Source: Guillardia theta CCMP2712 (taxonomy: Eukaryota > Protista > Cryptophyta). From it: DNA of 64,000 nucleotides. The position numbers and the translations under genes were made by a program. The notes under the pieces are model-generated. The model ran no database searches. It was not told the DNA's origin and was given only the letters and a program-made list of their open reading frames with translations. Positions within the stretch are counted from its first letter, which is position 1; each line of letters starts with the position of its first letter. The DNA is taken from positions 169,849 to 233,848 of the forward strand of contig NW_005434564.1 of the NCBI RefSeq assembly GCF_000315625.1. Direction: 5' to 3'. Positions 1 to 12,800 of the stretch are shown one piece after another.

Positions 1-66
1 TCCTGCTCCTGCTCCTCCTCCTCCTCCTCGTTGTCAGCACGCAGGACGAGAGTACAACAGCCACAC

Positions 67-1596
67 ATGAACTTGTTCTTCCTTCTCACATGCCTCTGTT
101 TCATCATCATTGGAGCTCGGAGTGAACTGGCCCCTGTGGCCCCTCTGCTCCCCCTCCAACTCTCCACCACAGCTACAACAAACTTGCTGAGAAGTGACTC
201 GTGCGGGTTTGTTCTAGATTGTGGGGCAGCCTTGAAGTCTCTCAGCTGGGTTAGAGCAGAGGGACGTTGCCAGCTGTCGTGCCTGTGGAGTAGGAGAGCA
301 CCGAGGGGCGGAGCGAGACTGCAGCGACAAGTCGTGAGAGGAGGAGGAGCGACATCGAGCATGTCACAGGGGGGGAGCAGCAACGTCATCGACGGGAGGA
401 GGATCTCGCAGCTGGTGCAGGAGGAGGTGAAGCTCCACGTGGAACAGCTCAAGAGCGAGCACGGGGTGGAACCGGGACTTGCGGTGCTGATCATCGGGGA
501 CAGGACAGATAGCCAGGTGTACGTGAAGCACAAGGTACTAGCATGCGAGAAGTGCGGTATCAGGTCCGTCAAGGTGGAGCTGGGCAAGGAGACGACGCAG
601 GAGGAGGCGGAGAGGGTCGTGCGGGAGCTCAACGGCGACTCGTCGATCCACGGCATCCTGGTCCAGCTCCCGATTCCAGAGCACCTCGACGAGAAGAAGC
701 TGCTGGCTGAGATCTCCTTTGAGAAGGACGTCGACGGGTTTCACCCTACCAACATCGGGCTCCTCGCCATGCGCGATCGCAAGGCCCTTGCGCAGCCATG
801 CACTCCCTCGGGTGTAATGGAGATCCTGAGAAGGTCCTNNNNNNNNNNNNNNNNNNNNNNNNNNNNNNNNNNNNNNNNNNNNNNNNNNNNNNNNNNNNNN
901 NNNNNNNNNNNNNNNNNNNNNNNNNNNNNNNNNNNNNNAAGCGGGGGAATTCGGGGTTTTTTTTTTTGGGGGGAGAGGAGGAAAAAAAACCACGGGGTTT
1001 GGGGAACAAAAAGTTTTTTAACCAGAGAAAAAGGGGGTTTACCGCCCCCAAAAGGGGGGGGGGGGCAAAAGAGAACCCCCCAAAAGAGGAGAAATTTTGG
1101 GGGGGAAATAAAGGGGTTTTGGTAAAACCGGGGGACGGGGGGGCCGCTCCAGTTTAGAAGGCCCTTGGAGGAAAAAAAAGGGGGGGGGAAAATTTCCTGA
1201 GGAAAAGGGGGGGGAGGGTACACCAACAAAAATGGGGTTCCTGCCCTGGGGGAGTGAAAAGCCGTTGGGGGGAACAAAACCCCCCGGGGGGAAAAAAGGA
1301 AAATCAAAAGGGGGCTTTGGGCCAGCCCCCCCCCCCCCCCCCCCCCCCTTTCCTTCCTCCTTCCTCGCAGTCTCCTTTCTCGTAGCAGTTACTCTTTCCC
1401 TTTGCTCTCCTCCTGCTTGACCGCCGATCCATTTTTCACTGTCATGTTTGCTCTTGTCCTGCTGTAGCTTGTTCTCCTCCTTATTTCTACCTGCTCTTCC
1501 TCTTCTTCCTCTTCTTCCTCTTCCTCTTCCTCTTCCTCTTCCTCTTCCTCTTCCTCTTCCTCTTTTTCTTCCTCTTCCTCTTCCTCTTCCTCCTCC

Positions 1597-1627
<31 letters not shown>

Positions 1628-3276
1628 TCTCCTCTTCCTTCTCTTCCTCTTCCTCCTTCTTTTTCTCCTTCTTCCTTCTTCTCTTTCTTTCCTTCAGCTT
1701 CCTCGTCCTGCCCTGAAACAAGGGAGAATTCATGGCCTTCTTCTAACAGCAACGGCAGGGAGAAGGTGGAAACGAAAGGAGCCAAGGCTGTTGTGGTCGG
1801 CAGGTCCAACATCGTCGGCATTCCAATGGCCCTCCTCCTCCTCAAGGCCAACGCTACTGTAGAGGTGCGAGAAGGAGGGAGGGGAGGAAGAGTGCTAAAG
1901 GGCGGGGGAAGGAGAGGAGGAGGCAGTTTAGAAGGAGGACAGGAGGGAGCAGAGAGAGAGGGGGATCAGCAAGAGATCAAGAAGATCAGCACGAGATCAC
2001 GGAGGGGAGGAAGAGATCAAGGAGGGGAGGAAGAGATCGAGGAGGGGAGGAAGGGATGAAGTAGGGGAGGAAAAGATCAAGGAGGGGAGGAAGAGATAGT
2101 GTGGAGGAGGACGTCTTGACGTTGACGTTGCAGGTTGTTCACTCTCAGACTCCTCGGGCTGAACTTGAGAGTGCCGTCAAGTCAGCTGACATCCTCGTCG
2201 TAGCGGCTGGAAAAGCTGGGTATGCCTCCTGCTCCTGCTCCTGCGCCTCTTGCTCCTCCTGCTCTTCCTCCTCCTCCTTCCTCCTCGTCGTCGTCATGCC
2301 CACTACCAACACCCGCTCCTGCTCCTGCTCAACTTCCTTCATCCCTTTGCTCTCTTTATCTTGCTGCTGCTTCTGCTGCTGCATCCATCTCAGGATGGTT
2401 CTCCTCGCCTGACTTTGTCTCAGCCTCGTCGATGGCTCGTGGATCAAGGAAGGATCCGTCGTCATCGATGTCGGCATGAACTCCATACCGGTCCTCTACT
2501 GCTCCGCTAACCCCTGCTCCCTCCTCTCCTTTCCTCTTCTCCTTTGCTCAGCCATCTCCTTTCATCTTCATATCTCCTCCTCTTCCTCTTCCTCTTCCTC
2601 TTCCTCCTCCTCTGTTTCCCTTCCCCTCTTCTCCTCCTCTTCTCTGCTTCCTCGCCTCGCTCCACCTCTCTCTCTCCCTGAGTATCTTTCTGGACAGGAC
2701 GCGAGCAAAAAGAACGGCTACCGTCTAGTCGGAGACGTTCAGGTCCTCCGACATTCTCAGCCTTTCCTCTTCTCTTCCCCTTCGCCTCTTCTATCATCTC
2801 GCTCCCCCCCTCCCTCCTCCCCTTCCGTTACTCTCCTCCACTTCCCCCCCCTTCTCCCCCCCCCTCTCCCCCTCCTCGCTCAGCTTGACTCGCCACCAGT
2901 ATGACGAGGCAGCCAAGAGGGCCAAGCTCATCACGCCGGTCCCAGGAGGAGTCGGTGAGATTCAAACTTGCCTCCTCTGCCCCCCCTAAACCACTTCTCC
3001 TTGTCTCGTTGTTCCCTTCCCCTCTCTTTTTCATCCTCGCTCTCGCTCTCCCTCCTCGCTCTCCCTCCTTGCTCTCGCTCTCGCTCTCGCTTTCCCTCCT
3101 CCCTTCGCTCTTCTCCCTCGCTCTCCCTTCTCGCTCTACTTCTTCATCCATCGACCCCCTCCCCTCATATTTTCTCAGGCCCCATGACTGTCGCCATGCT
3201 CATGCACAACACGGTGACCTTAGCGGCGACCCAGAACAAGGTCCCGGTCCCCATGCTCAAGGGCGACCTGGTTTGA
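67..3276 (+). CDS. folD: Bifunctional methylenetetrahydrofolate dehydrogenase/cyclohydrolase with N-terminal signal plus transit-like leader (multi-exon; intron 1 spans an N-gap)
   Basis: Exon translations contain PGLAVLIIG..SQVYVKHK, HGILVQLP, EKDVDGFHP.N.G, PCTPSG, VVVGRSNIVGIP, ADILVVAAGK, VVIDVG, RLVGDV, ITPVPGGVG|PMTVAML. GT-AG introns join these in frame; stop at 3274-3276. A second in-frame ATG lies at 361. Confidence 0.95.
839..938. other. Assembly gap (100 N), followed by low-quality homopolymer-rich sequence to ~1350
   Basis: N run; the flanking sequence is made of long A/G/C/T runs typical of poor read ends. Confidence 0.95.
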
Positions 3277-3400
3277 TCCTTCCAACTCCTGCTGCGGGAA
3301 GGAAGAGAGAAGGAAGAGAGGAGAAGAGAGGAGGAGAAGCCCAAGAGGACGGAAAGAAGAGCATGTTGCTTCCTCCTCCTCCTCCTCCTCCTCTGCCTCT

Positions 3401-3431
<31 letters not shown>

Positions 3432-3892
3432 CCTGGTGCCCCATGTGCTGAATGTCTGTTACGAGATTCTGTGCGAAGAAATTCTATCGTTCATTCCTCT
3501 GTATGTACATCACCGTAACTTTCATCTCCCACTTCTCCGTCGCTCTCCATCCTCCTTCTCGTTCTCTTTCTGTTCTCAGACGGGAAAACTTCGACAACCT
3601 CACGGCCGAGGGTTCAGGGGGGCAGGAGGGAGGACGAAGGGTTGCAAGTCTGACGTGAAGAGACGGCGGGAGAGCCTGAGAGGAAGGGAGAGTCTTGAAA
3701 GATCCTTCACGGAAAGGGCGACACCAACTCCCGGGGGCTATAAGATCCATCCCTTTCCCTCCTCCTCCTCCTCCTTCTCATTGTTGACCCGTCCATCCAC
3801 AGCGTTCTCCTTCACAAGTCCTGATTCTTGCCTTCCTATCCCACGCTCCCGTCCGCTTGCTCTCCTCCCCTCTCCCTCCCCTTCTCCCTCCT

Positions 3893-5672
3893 TCATTCAT
3901 CTTGGATGAGGGAGGAGAGCAGTCCTCGGTCAAGGTCCTCCACCCGCTTGAACGTGAAGTTGTACGTACAAATCTCCTTGTCACCCTTGGAGAAGATGTC
4001 TCCCTGGAACGACATGCCCTTGGGAGTTATCGTCCAAGTCTTGCTGCCGGGAGAAAGTCAGTCGGAAGCACACAAGCAGGAGAAGAGACAGAGGAGGAGG
4101 AGGCAGACGAGGAGCAAGAGGAGAGACAGAGAAGGAGCAAGAGGAAGGCAAGAGAGGGAGGGCATGGAGGAGAAAGGGGGGAGGGTGGAAGTGTTCTTGT
4201 TCTCAAATGAGAACAAAGGTCGACAAAAGAGATGAGGAGCTGAGAGGGGAGAGGAGGAAAAATGATGGTGCAGAAGAAAGATTGGCTGCGATCATGACAG
4301 TCGCGACTGACCTGTGGAAGCATTCCCATCCCTCCTTCGCTGGAATCTCATGGAATGCCGTCATGTGCAGACTCTCTGCCGCAGAGTTCCTGTGCGCGTA
4401 GATGCGAAGGTACGACCCTGTGTCGGACAGAAACTTCTTCACCGGCTCCCCGTTGAGCGTCGCTCGGTACAGCTCTGACCATGGCGTTGTGAACGCCCCT
4501 GCTTCCCTCGGCAGCTTCAGCCTCGTGTGCACGATGACACAAGGCGTGTCAGACTGGTTGAGGTCGAGCATGATGTGAAACTGAGTCATCTTGTTCACAC
4601 CCCTCAGCACACACTCCTCGGACGAATCATAATTGTTCGCCTTCCCGTTGATGATTTTCTCTAAGATCTCTTTGCCGATGTCGATCTTGAGCAGCGCGTT
4701 CACGCACCTCTGGCACCAGCCGAACTCCGTCTGGTCTGCCATGCGAATGTGCTCGTGCCGCTTCTTGAACTCCTCGTCCACCACCCATGGGAACGGGTGA
4801 GAAACCTTCTCGTCGTATTCGAATACCCCGCAGAGATCACGGAGGAGGTCGAACATCAACTTGGAGGGAAACTTGGTGACTGGACTTGGACACAGCTGTG
4901 GGATGCTGAGGATGAAGACAGCGATGCTCGAGCAACGTTGCTGTGTCGGAACGAACTTACAGGGCAAGCACTCGAAGGCTTGAGAACCGAAGGTGAGGAC
5001 CTTAGCCGAGAACTCGCTCAGGGTAACCGGGCCGTCTTTGATGAGAAACTTCCTGAAGGCTGGAAGCTCAGGGGAAGGGACAAACCGCAGCAGCGACTGC
5101 CCGACAAGCCCTGGGGCTGGTAGACAGGAGAACCATCTTTGCAGTCCCTTGCTCATCCTCGTTACCGTCCAGTCTGCCAAGTTCACCTCCATGAGCAGCA
5201 GCATCTCACTCTCAAGCATCCCCTCCATCACTGAATCCAAGGGTATGGCAACAAAACTCTCCTTGCTACCCGCCCCGTTCCTTGCTGTTTCATCCGCCAC
5301 GTCCTTGTCAACCCCGTTCTCCAGTTTGATAGTCGTTTGCAGCTTGTTTCTCTCTGACTTGGCACACTTCTCCCCTGGGCTTCTTATCGCCGTCTCCTCT
5401 TCGTTCGCACTGCATTCTTTGCTCGCACTTCCCTCTCCCTTGATCGGCGAGGTCCTGGTATCTCCGCCCAATCTCCTTCGTAGGCTCTTGACCGCGGCCA
5501 GAGTGTCTTCATGTAGCTGCATTATCGTCCTTCTCGAGGCAAGGCTGCCTTTCTCGGCAGAGAGAGGGCGATCTTGGAGGGGAACGAGCGCGTCCAGTTG
5601 CAGAACGAGGGCTCGAGTTCGTCTCCTTTGCTCTGCCTTGTCTATGCGGACCCGCTCCGAACGGGAGAGCAT
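3893..5672 (-). CDS. bHLH-PAS-like putative transcription factor (2 exons; intron ~4045-4311)
   Basis: N-terminus SRSERVRIDKAEQRRRTRALVLQLDALVP...SRRTIMQLHEDTLAAVKSL is bHLH-like. LLMEVNLADWTVTRMSKGLQRWF...LVGQSLLRFV...FRKFL is PAS-like. Donor GTCAGT at 4311; terminal exon ends SLIQDE* at 3893. Confidence 0.65.
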
Positions 5673-6912
5673 GGCAGAGTGGGAGGCGGGAGGGAGGAGT
5701 GGAGTGAAGTGTTTTTTTCAGTCGAGTGACGAGGGAAGGGGAGGAGAGGCAAGAGGAAGCAAACAAGAGTGATGAAGCAGAGAGGATATTGGGAGGGAGG
5801 TGTTAGGGTTGAGAGAGGATGGAGGGCGGAGAAGCAGGCGCACAATGAGCAGGGATAGAGAAAGTGAGCGCAGGAGGGAGGACCGGTCCTTTCCTCCGCA
5901 CAAGGGGAAGGTCCCTGGGCCTGGTGGGTAGGGTAGTTTATTTCCAAATAATTTTATAGATTACTTATTTTCCAAATTATAACGGTACAAGTATATGACT
6001 GAAATATTTTATATCAGCATTCGGGGGATGGAAATTGTTCACCTATAAGAGGGGGTGGGTGTGGGTGGGAGAACCGAAAATACTAATACGGTGGGGTACA
6101 TTGATTGGTTTCTGGGTGGGTGGGGTAGGGGACGACGAGATAATCTGAAAGGGGTGGGGTGAAATCTAGGGGTTCATTGCTGACGTCTGAGCGGATCCAC
6201 GTCGATATGTCTAGATCGAGGGGGTGGGGGTAGTAAAAATAGGGGTTCTTGACATAGCAACCAAGGGGTAGTAGTGGAACGATGGCTGTCGGGTAGGGGG
6301 TTGTTGAAAAAAGGCTACACTAGTCTGTTCCTGGGGTAGGGTACCAAGTCTCAATTTTTTTTTGATCTCTTGAGAACGAAAAGCATACTTTTCGAGACAC
6401 TCGGGACAGTTCCCGACAGACATATTATCAAGTACCCCTGCCAAGTACTCTTTGTTTAGCCCACCGGTACTGGACTACAACTTCACCGCGAGTTTACTGC
6501 TGAGTGAGTAAAAAAGTAAAGATTTAAATAATAATACTAATAATATCGCCTGCCGTGACTGCCAGACTCTCGTCCCAGCTGGCCTCCGAGTCAGCAGGTG
6601 CCCCCACGCCCGGCCCGGGTAAGCCGGGCCGGGCCGGGCCCCGGCGATTCCGAGTCGAGTCCCAGCGTCACACACCGTCTGGCACTGTGACCAGCCTGAG
6701 AGGCCGGGCTCCGACCGTCGGACTTTGTCGGAACCCGCCCGGCCGGCGCATCCGCCCGGCCGGCGGCGGCTGCAGATCGGACGGAACGTTCCGACGGTCG
6801 GCTGGCCTGAGTGCCCACCGGGCCCGGCCCCTGTACATTGCCACGGCCGGGCGCCGCGGCCCGGTACATTGCCACGGCCGGGCGGCTACCGGGCTCGGAC
6901 TCCTGCCATGAT

Positions 6913-6940
6913 TACTGATTTTTCACTTAACTTTGAGTAA
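6913..6940 (+). repeat. Dispersed 28-nt motif TACTGATTTTYNACTTAACTTTGAGTAA (copy)
   Basis: Near-identical to 45324-45351, 58800-58827 and, with a 5-nt insertion, 44861-44893. Confidence 0.9.
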
Positions 6941-7178
6941 ATTTAAAGTTCAGATTACGTAATGTTGTTGGCACTAGGCTGAGTTATTGTACATTGCCAG
7001 TTGACCGCAAGACGTGACAAACTGAACTTCGGAACGTCCGATCTGGCAGGCCCCCGGCGGCAGCGGGCGGCCCGGGAGGCCCTCAAGTCACTGTGATAAT
7101 CGATGCAGTGCCATAGCGTTGCCAGTACGGTCGGACTCCTCACTTCCGAGTTAAGACTCCGACAGTCTTGACCGGGTT

Positions 7179-9300
7179 TCAGCTCGCGGAAGGAGCAACC
7201 TGGGCAGTGAAGGCCGCTACAGACTTTTGACGGGTTGCAAGCTGGTCCTTCGTGCACGATGTCAGGAGAGGAGGAGGCGGGGAAAGAGCGGAGCTCAATT
7301 CGTTGCCTTCCGAAGTTCCTCACCTTGAGCCAATCCTCGTACTTGACCTGGAAGCTTCCGGCAAGCACTTGGGGGATGTTCTGCTGTTCGAAGAAGTCGC
7401 TTGCTCGATCCTGGCGGATCTGAGTAGAGGATCGTGAGTAGGAAGGAGAGGGGTTGAGGGAGGGAGAGGGTGAGGGAGAGGGTGAGACGGAGACGGAGAC
7501 GGAGAGGTAGAGGTAGAGGTAGAGGAAGAGGGAGGGGGAGGGGTTGAGGGAGAGGAAGAGGGAGAGGGAGAGGAAAAAGAGGTAGAGGAAGAGGAAGAGG
7601 AGGGAAGAGGAAGAGGAAGAGGAAGGGGAGAGGGAGGGAGAGGAGAGGGAGAGGGAGGAGGGGGAGGAGAGGGTGACAGGGAAGGGGGAAGAGGGGACGG
7701 TAGAGCGAGGATGCAGGGGGAGGAGACGATATAGGGGTCGGAGGGGAAGAGGAAGAGGGAAAGGTACACAAAGGGAGATCAGTATGAGGATGAAGCAGCA
7801 GCTCACAGTCTTGATACGTTCTTGCAGCTTCTTTTTGAGGAAAACCTTGAGCCAGGGGAAAACATCTGGTGTGAGGACTGGGACTATTGAGGGTTCGGAT
7901 GGACCTTGCATATGCTGATCATGGCGTTGAGAATGAAAGGCGGGTTTGACAGATACCTGCGAGCAGCTAAACCTTGAGGAGGACGAAGTTGGGTTCAGAG
8001 GGGCAAAGTGATAGACACGGACAGGGATCGAAGCATGAAGGGATGGGATGAGAGGAGATAGGAAGGGAAGCGAGGCAAAGAGATGAGGAGAGAACATAGG
8101 AGGAGAAGAGAGGTGAGGTGAGAGGATATGAGAGGAAAGGAAAGGAAATGAGATGAGAGAAGAGGGGAGAAGAGAGGAGAGGAGAGAAGAGGAGGTGAGG
8201 TGAGGTGAGGTGAGGTGAGGTGAGAGAAGAGGAGGGGAGAGGAGAGGAGAGAGGTCAAGAAGTGAGAACAGGAGGATCTGCTACATGGCCTTGATCTTGA
8301 TCGGATAGCCGTCCTGATACAGCATACTGATTTTCTTCTCCATCTCAAAGCTGAAGGAGCAGGTGAGACGGGGGAGGTGAATGGAGGAGGTGGACGCAGT
8401 ACACCAACCTGAAGTTGCTCCAACCCATCCCGTTGCAGTTGCACAACCATGAAGTCCCTTCCCGCACGTCATGAATGCTGGCAGTGGAGGCGTCGAACGC
8501 ATCGAGAAGAACTTTCAAGGTACACTGGCGGGAGGAGGGAGGGGAGTGAGTGAATGGAGGAAGCAGCGGCGGCAAATACCTTCCAGGCCTCTTCTCCGCC
8601 TCCTGAAATGGCCGATGGAAAGCATTTTGAGAAGTCGAAGAAAATTGCAGGTCGGCCTGAGATGCGTCAGCAGGCTATCCGTGGCAGCAGCGTTACATCA
8701 GCATTGCCTTGCTTGTCCCTTCCGCAGGCTGCAAACATCCCCGGACAAAGCTTGGCAAGTGTCTGGTACTGTGCAGTCGTGTGAGGATTGAGAGGCAGGG
8801 CAAGAAACTTACGGCCGTGACGGAGTCGATGGAGGAGAGGTTGTGCTCTCTCTGCCCTCCCGCTTCTCGTCAAGACGTAGCAGAACGTGCGAGTACACTT
8901 GAACCTCCAGCTTCTTCATCTTCGCCATGCGGGACAACGCCTTCACTGTACTCCCCTTGCAGACGAGCGCATAACATGCTATCTGCATGCAAAAGGAAAA
9001 ATCACGATAGGCAAAAGAAGATCGGAGGTTGACCTCGTAGTCAGAGCTAACTTCCATATGATGAGTCTCGCAAAGGAGCTTGAGCTCGCGGAACCATGCG
9101 AGCTCTTGCGGCGTCAGTTCATTCTTGTCTGCTTGCATCCTGTCCAGGATCCCATCACATGACTCACCATCTTGAAGTGGTAAGATTTCGAATTCAGAGG
9201 AAGTGGAAGTTTTTTCTACGAGGCTATCCTCTCTCTCTCTGTGTAGGAGACTACCTACCCCTGTGCTGCTCCTGCTTCTCTTGCAGGTAGTGGTGATGCT

Positions 9301-9342
<42 letters not shown>

Positions 9343-9430
9343 CCTGATCCCCCTGCTCCTCCTGCTCCTCCTCCTGCTCCTGCTCCTCCTCCTGCTGCTC
9401 CTGCTCCTGAAACTCGGGATGGTCTGGCAT
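7179..9430 (-). CDS. CRAL-TRIO/Sec14-like lipid-binding protein (multi-exon; start approximate)
   Basis: Exons SDYE|IACYALVCKGSTVKALSRMAKMKK (CRAL-N-like), LYQDGYPIKIKAM, FPWLKVFLKKKLQERIK and FFEQQNIPQVLAGS resemble the Sec14 motifs YP.RI, KPFL..K..RI and LP.E.GG. Confidence 0.7.
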
Positions 9431-9831
9431 GGAGTCGCGCACTGGTCGCTACAGAGAAAGTCGTGTATGAGGAGATGAGTAGAGGGTTGTGGCGGGGATG
9501 AGGACAAATTGGAACCCTACCCCTCACAAAAAGGACCCACCCCAATTTCCAATATCAGATTTTGAGAGCTAAGAGGGAAAGAAGGGGGTACCTCCTGCAC
9601 GTGATTGTGGAGGACAGTGGGTAGGGTGGTGTCCAAAGGACATGGACCCTAGGTCGTAGGGGTATGTGAGTTTCATGTCCATGGGGTGGGGTGAATGATG
9701 GAGTAAAAGATGGGTCCCATGTGGTATTGACTATGGTAGGGGTAGTCTCAAGGTACGGGTTCTTAGTGAGATGGGTGGTATTCTAGCGGGGGTGGGGTGG
9801 CATGAAGGTTGGGGTGAGTGAAGGCGAGGCC

Positions 9832-12800
9832 ATGGCGGCAGAAGAGCCTGAGGTGAGGAGGAGGAGGAGGAGGGAGGAGGAGGAGGAGGAGATGATGATG
9901 ATGATGACGACGACGACGATGAGGATGAGGACGAGGATGAGGAGGACGAGGATGAGGATGAAGATTGTTGAGGACGAGGTGGGGGGAGAAAGAGAAGGAG
10001 AATACATAGCTGGGTGAAAAGATTGTAGCAAGGAGGCGGAGGCATGATGATGTTGTGAAGATGATGATGACAAACGATTGGACATCGTCAACATCATGTG
10101 TTAGGATGTCAGAACATCACCTGGAGAATAATTAAGATTTAGCTTCATGAGATTGCAGCATGACCGAGCTGTCTCCAAGACATTTGTCGAGTGTTGTGGA
10201 CTGATTCCGTTCATGTTCGGCGACGGAGGGGGGTTGGGGGACGGAGGGAGTGAGGGAAGTTGTTGCACCGCCCTATCACCTTGACTGCGTTGCTGGCTCA
10301 GGTCCAAGCCGAAACGGTTGAGCCGGTGCGGAAAGATCTGCCCAAGTTCAACATCCCTGTCCTCAAGGTTTGATGCTGAATCACTTCGACCTGCCTTTAC
10401 CTGACGGCTCCTCCTCCTCCTCCTCCTCCTCCTCCTCCTCCTCCTCCTCCTCCTCCTCCTCCTCCTCCTCCTCCTCCTCCTCCTCCTCCTCCTCCTCCTC
10501 CTCCTCCTCCTCCTCCTCCTCCTCCTCCAGATCATCATTGAAGCGCAAGGACTGCACGGGCTGCGATATGGAGATTATCAACGATACAGGTGAATTGTGC
10601 TGTGAGGAAGAGGATGGAAAAGGATCGAATCACTTGAGATGTGTTTGTGCTGTACATGAACATTAACGTGGTCTTGTGTGGTATCTTGTGTCTGACGTGC
10701 AACGAGGAATGGAGAGAGCGTGATGGTGGTGTGGAAGAGGAGGAGCTGACGACTATCGTAGACAATACTGCACGCGAAAGATGCGCAGGCTGCGAAAAGC
10801 TCTCAACTTTCTGCATTGGGAGCAGGGGAAGGGGAAAAGCAAATTTATCCAGAAGAAGATCGATATAGATATGATCAACGATGCCAGATATCTTTTCATT
10901 GTGCTCAACAAGGTGAGATGTGTCCTCCTCTTCCTGCCCTCCCTCCTCCTCCTCTGCCCTCTTGTCGCTTGCTTGACCCACATGTTCGACCTCTCCCTCC
11001 TCTGTTTGTGCTCCCGACGTTCCTCCTCTTCTCCTCGCTCATCGTCTCGCTCACTCCTCACCTCTCCCTCGCAGGCAGAGCGAGCATGGTCGTACGCGAT
11101 GCAGCTGCGCGAGGCGCCGGGGGGGCCGGGACGGGAAGTTCATCACGTCAGCCGGTTGCTGGCCAAGGCAGTGAAGCACTCCGCCTACCTGGAGACTCTC
11201 TGCCGGGAGTTTGCGGACGATCGTTCGTGCCTGGAGGCAGAGGTGAGGGAGGAGGAGGACGGGAAGTGGGGATAGACGAGGGGAGGGGAGGAAGGGGGAC
11301 AGGAAAGTAGGGGGCAAGGGAGAGGAAAAACGTGGAAAGAGAGGAGGGGAGGAGGGAAGAAGAGGAGAAGCATGTAGACACTTGAGTTCTCTCCTCAACT
11401 CTGTCGCAGGCGTACGCCGCATGGCTAGCAGGGAGCATGCTCCTGGAGAGGGAGGAGTGGGAGCAGGCGCTCGTGAAGCTGAACCGCTCCCGGACCGTCT
11501 ACGACGAGCTGAGCCACTCAGCGGAGGGGGTCGAGCAAGCGATGTACAGGAAGAGGTGAGAGCAGCTGGAGTCGTGCTGGGGCCCTGCTGACTTCCTGCT
11601 GAGGGTGGAGGAGATCGAGCCTTCGGTCCGTTACTGTCGTTACAACGTGTCAAGAGAGGTAGGAGGCACATCGTTTCCTCCTCCTCCTTCTCTTCCTCCT
11701 CCTCCTCCTCCTCCTCCTCCTTCTCTTCCTCCTTCTCTTCCTCCTCCTCTTTCTCTCCTCTGTGGGGCTGCGATTACACATAAGGAGACATGAAGACATC
11801 AAGTCTGTGCTGAGACTTTTCCTCGTTGAAGCATGAGCCTCTTTCTCTTCCTCCTCCCCGTCCCCTTCCCTCCTTCCTTGCTGCTCCTCACCGTCCCTGC
11901 AGGGGGGGTCGAGCAACCTGGAGGAGCAGAGTCAAGTGCTGATGGAGATCGGGAAGTCGGGAGGCGATATGCTCAAGGGTAAGCTGGAGAAGAGCCTGGC
12001 GGAGGCGAGGAAGAAGCAAGCGGCGGCAGCTCATATCCTGCACTGGATGGGGAAGGAGATTTCTGTGGACAACCCAGCTATCCACCAGCACATCCTCTCA
12101 GCAGAAGGGTCGCAGTTCGAGCTGGAGCAGGCGGAGAGTACAGAAGGAAAGCTGGCGATCTACGACAAGATCTTCATGGCTCTCGAGGACGCGAAGCAGC
12201 TCATCAGGGATGATATCTCCAACAACCTCAAGAGGGGGAAGGACTGCGACGACGCCCTCACCGCCTCCCTCCAGCAGGTCAGGAACATGGTCCAGAGCAT
12301 CGTCCTCCTCCGGACGAGGGAGCGAGATCTCCTGCTGGTCTCCCAGCTGCAGGAGAAGCTCCAGACCGAGTTCTTCGCAAACATCGCCGGGGGGAAGGAG
12401 GTGCCCAAGAAAGCGACCCGCCCCGAGGACCTCGTGAAGCTCTTCGAAGTCTTGATGCAGGTGGGGAAAACCTTCCCTCTCTNNNNNNNNNNNNNNNNNN
12501 NNNNNNNNNNNNNNNNNNNNNNNNNNNNNNNNNNNNNNNNNNNNNNNNNNNNNNNNNNNNNNNNNNNNNNNNNNNNNNNNNNTTACCCTCTCCTCCCTCC
12601 CTCCCCTCCCTCCCTCCCTCCCTCCCTCCCTCCCTCCCTCCCTCCCTCCCCGAGGCTCTCCCTCCCTCTCTTCTCTCTCCTCTCCCTCCTCTCTCCTCTC
12701 CTCTCCTTCCCTGCCCCCAACTTGTTTCCTCCACCGCTTTGCTCTGTCTCCCCTTACATTCTTTCATTTTGCTCCATACACTCTTCGCCCTTCCCTCTTC

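Noticed and set aside
939-1350. Homopolymer-rich stretch with G/K/P/F-rich ORFs
   Set aside because: It abuts an N-gap and looks like a low-quality read end inside FolD intron 1.
1389-3518. Long poly-E, poly-P, poly-S and (LP)n ORFs here and elsewhere (e.g. 7295-7771, 32758-34851, 34323-34970)
   Set aside because: These are translations of intronic microsatellites, which are stop-poor by composition.
4993-5772. Long antisense ORFs (also 15815-16426 and 41107-41919)
   Set aside because: They are shadows of real opposite-strand genes and carry no motifs of their own.
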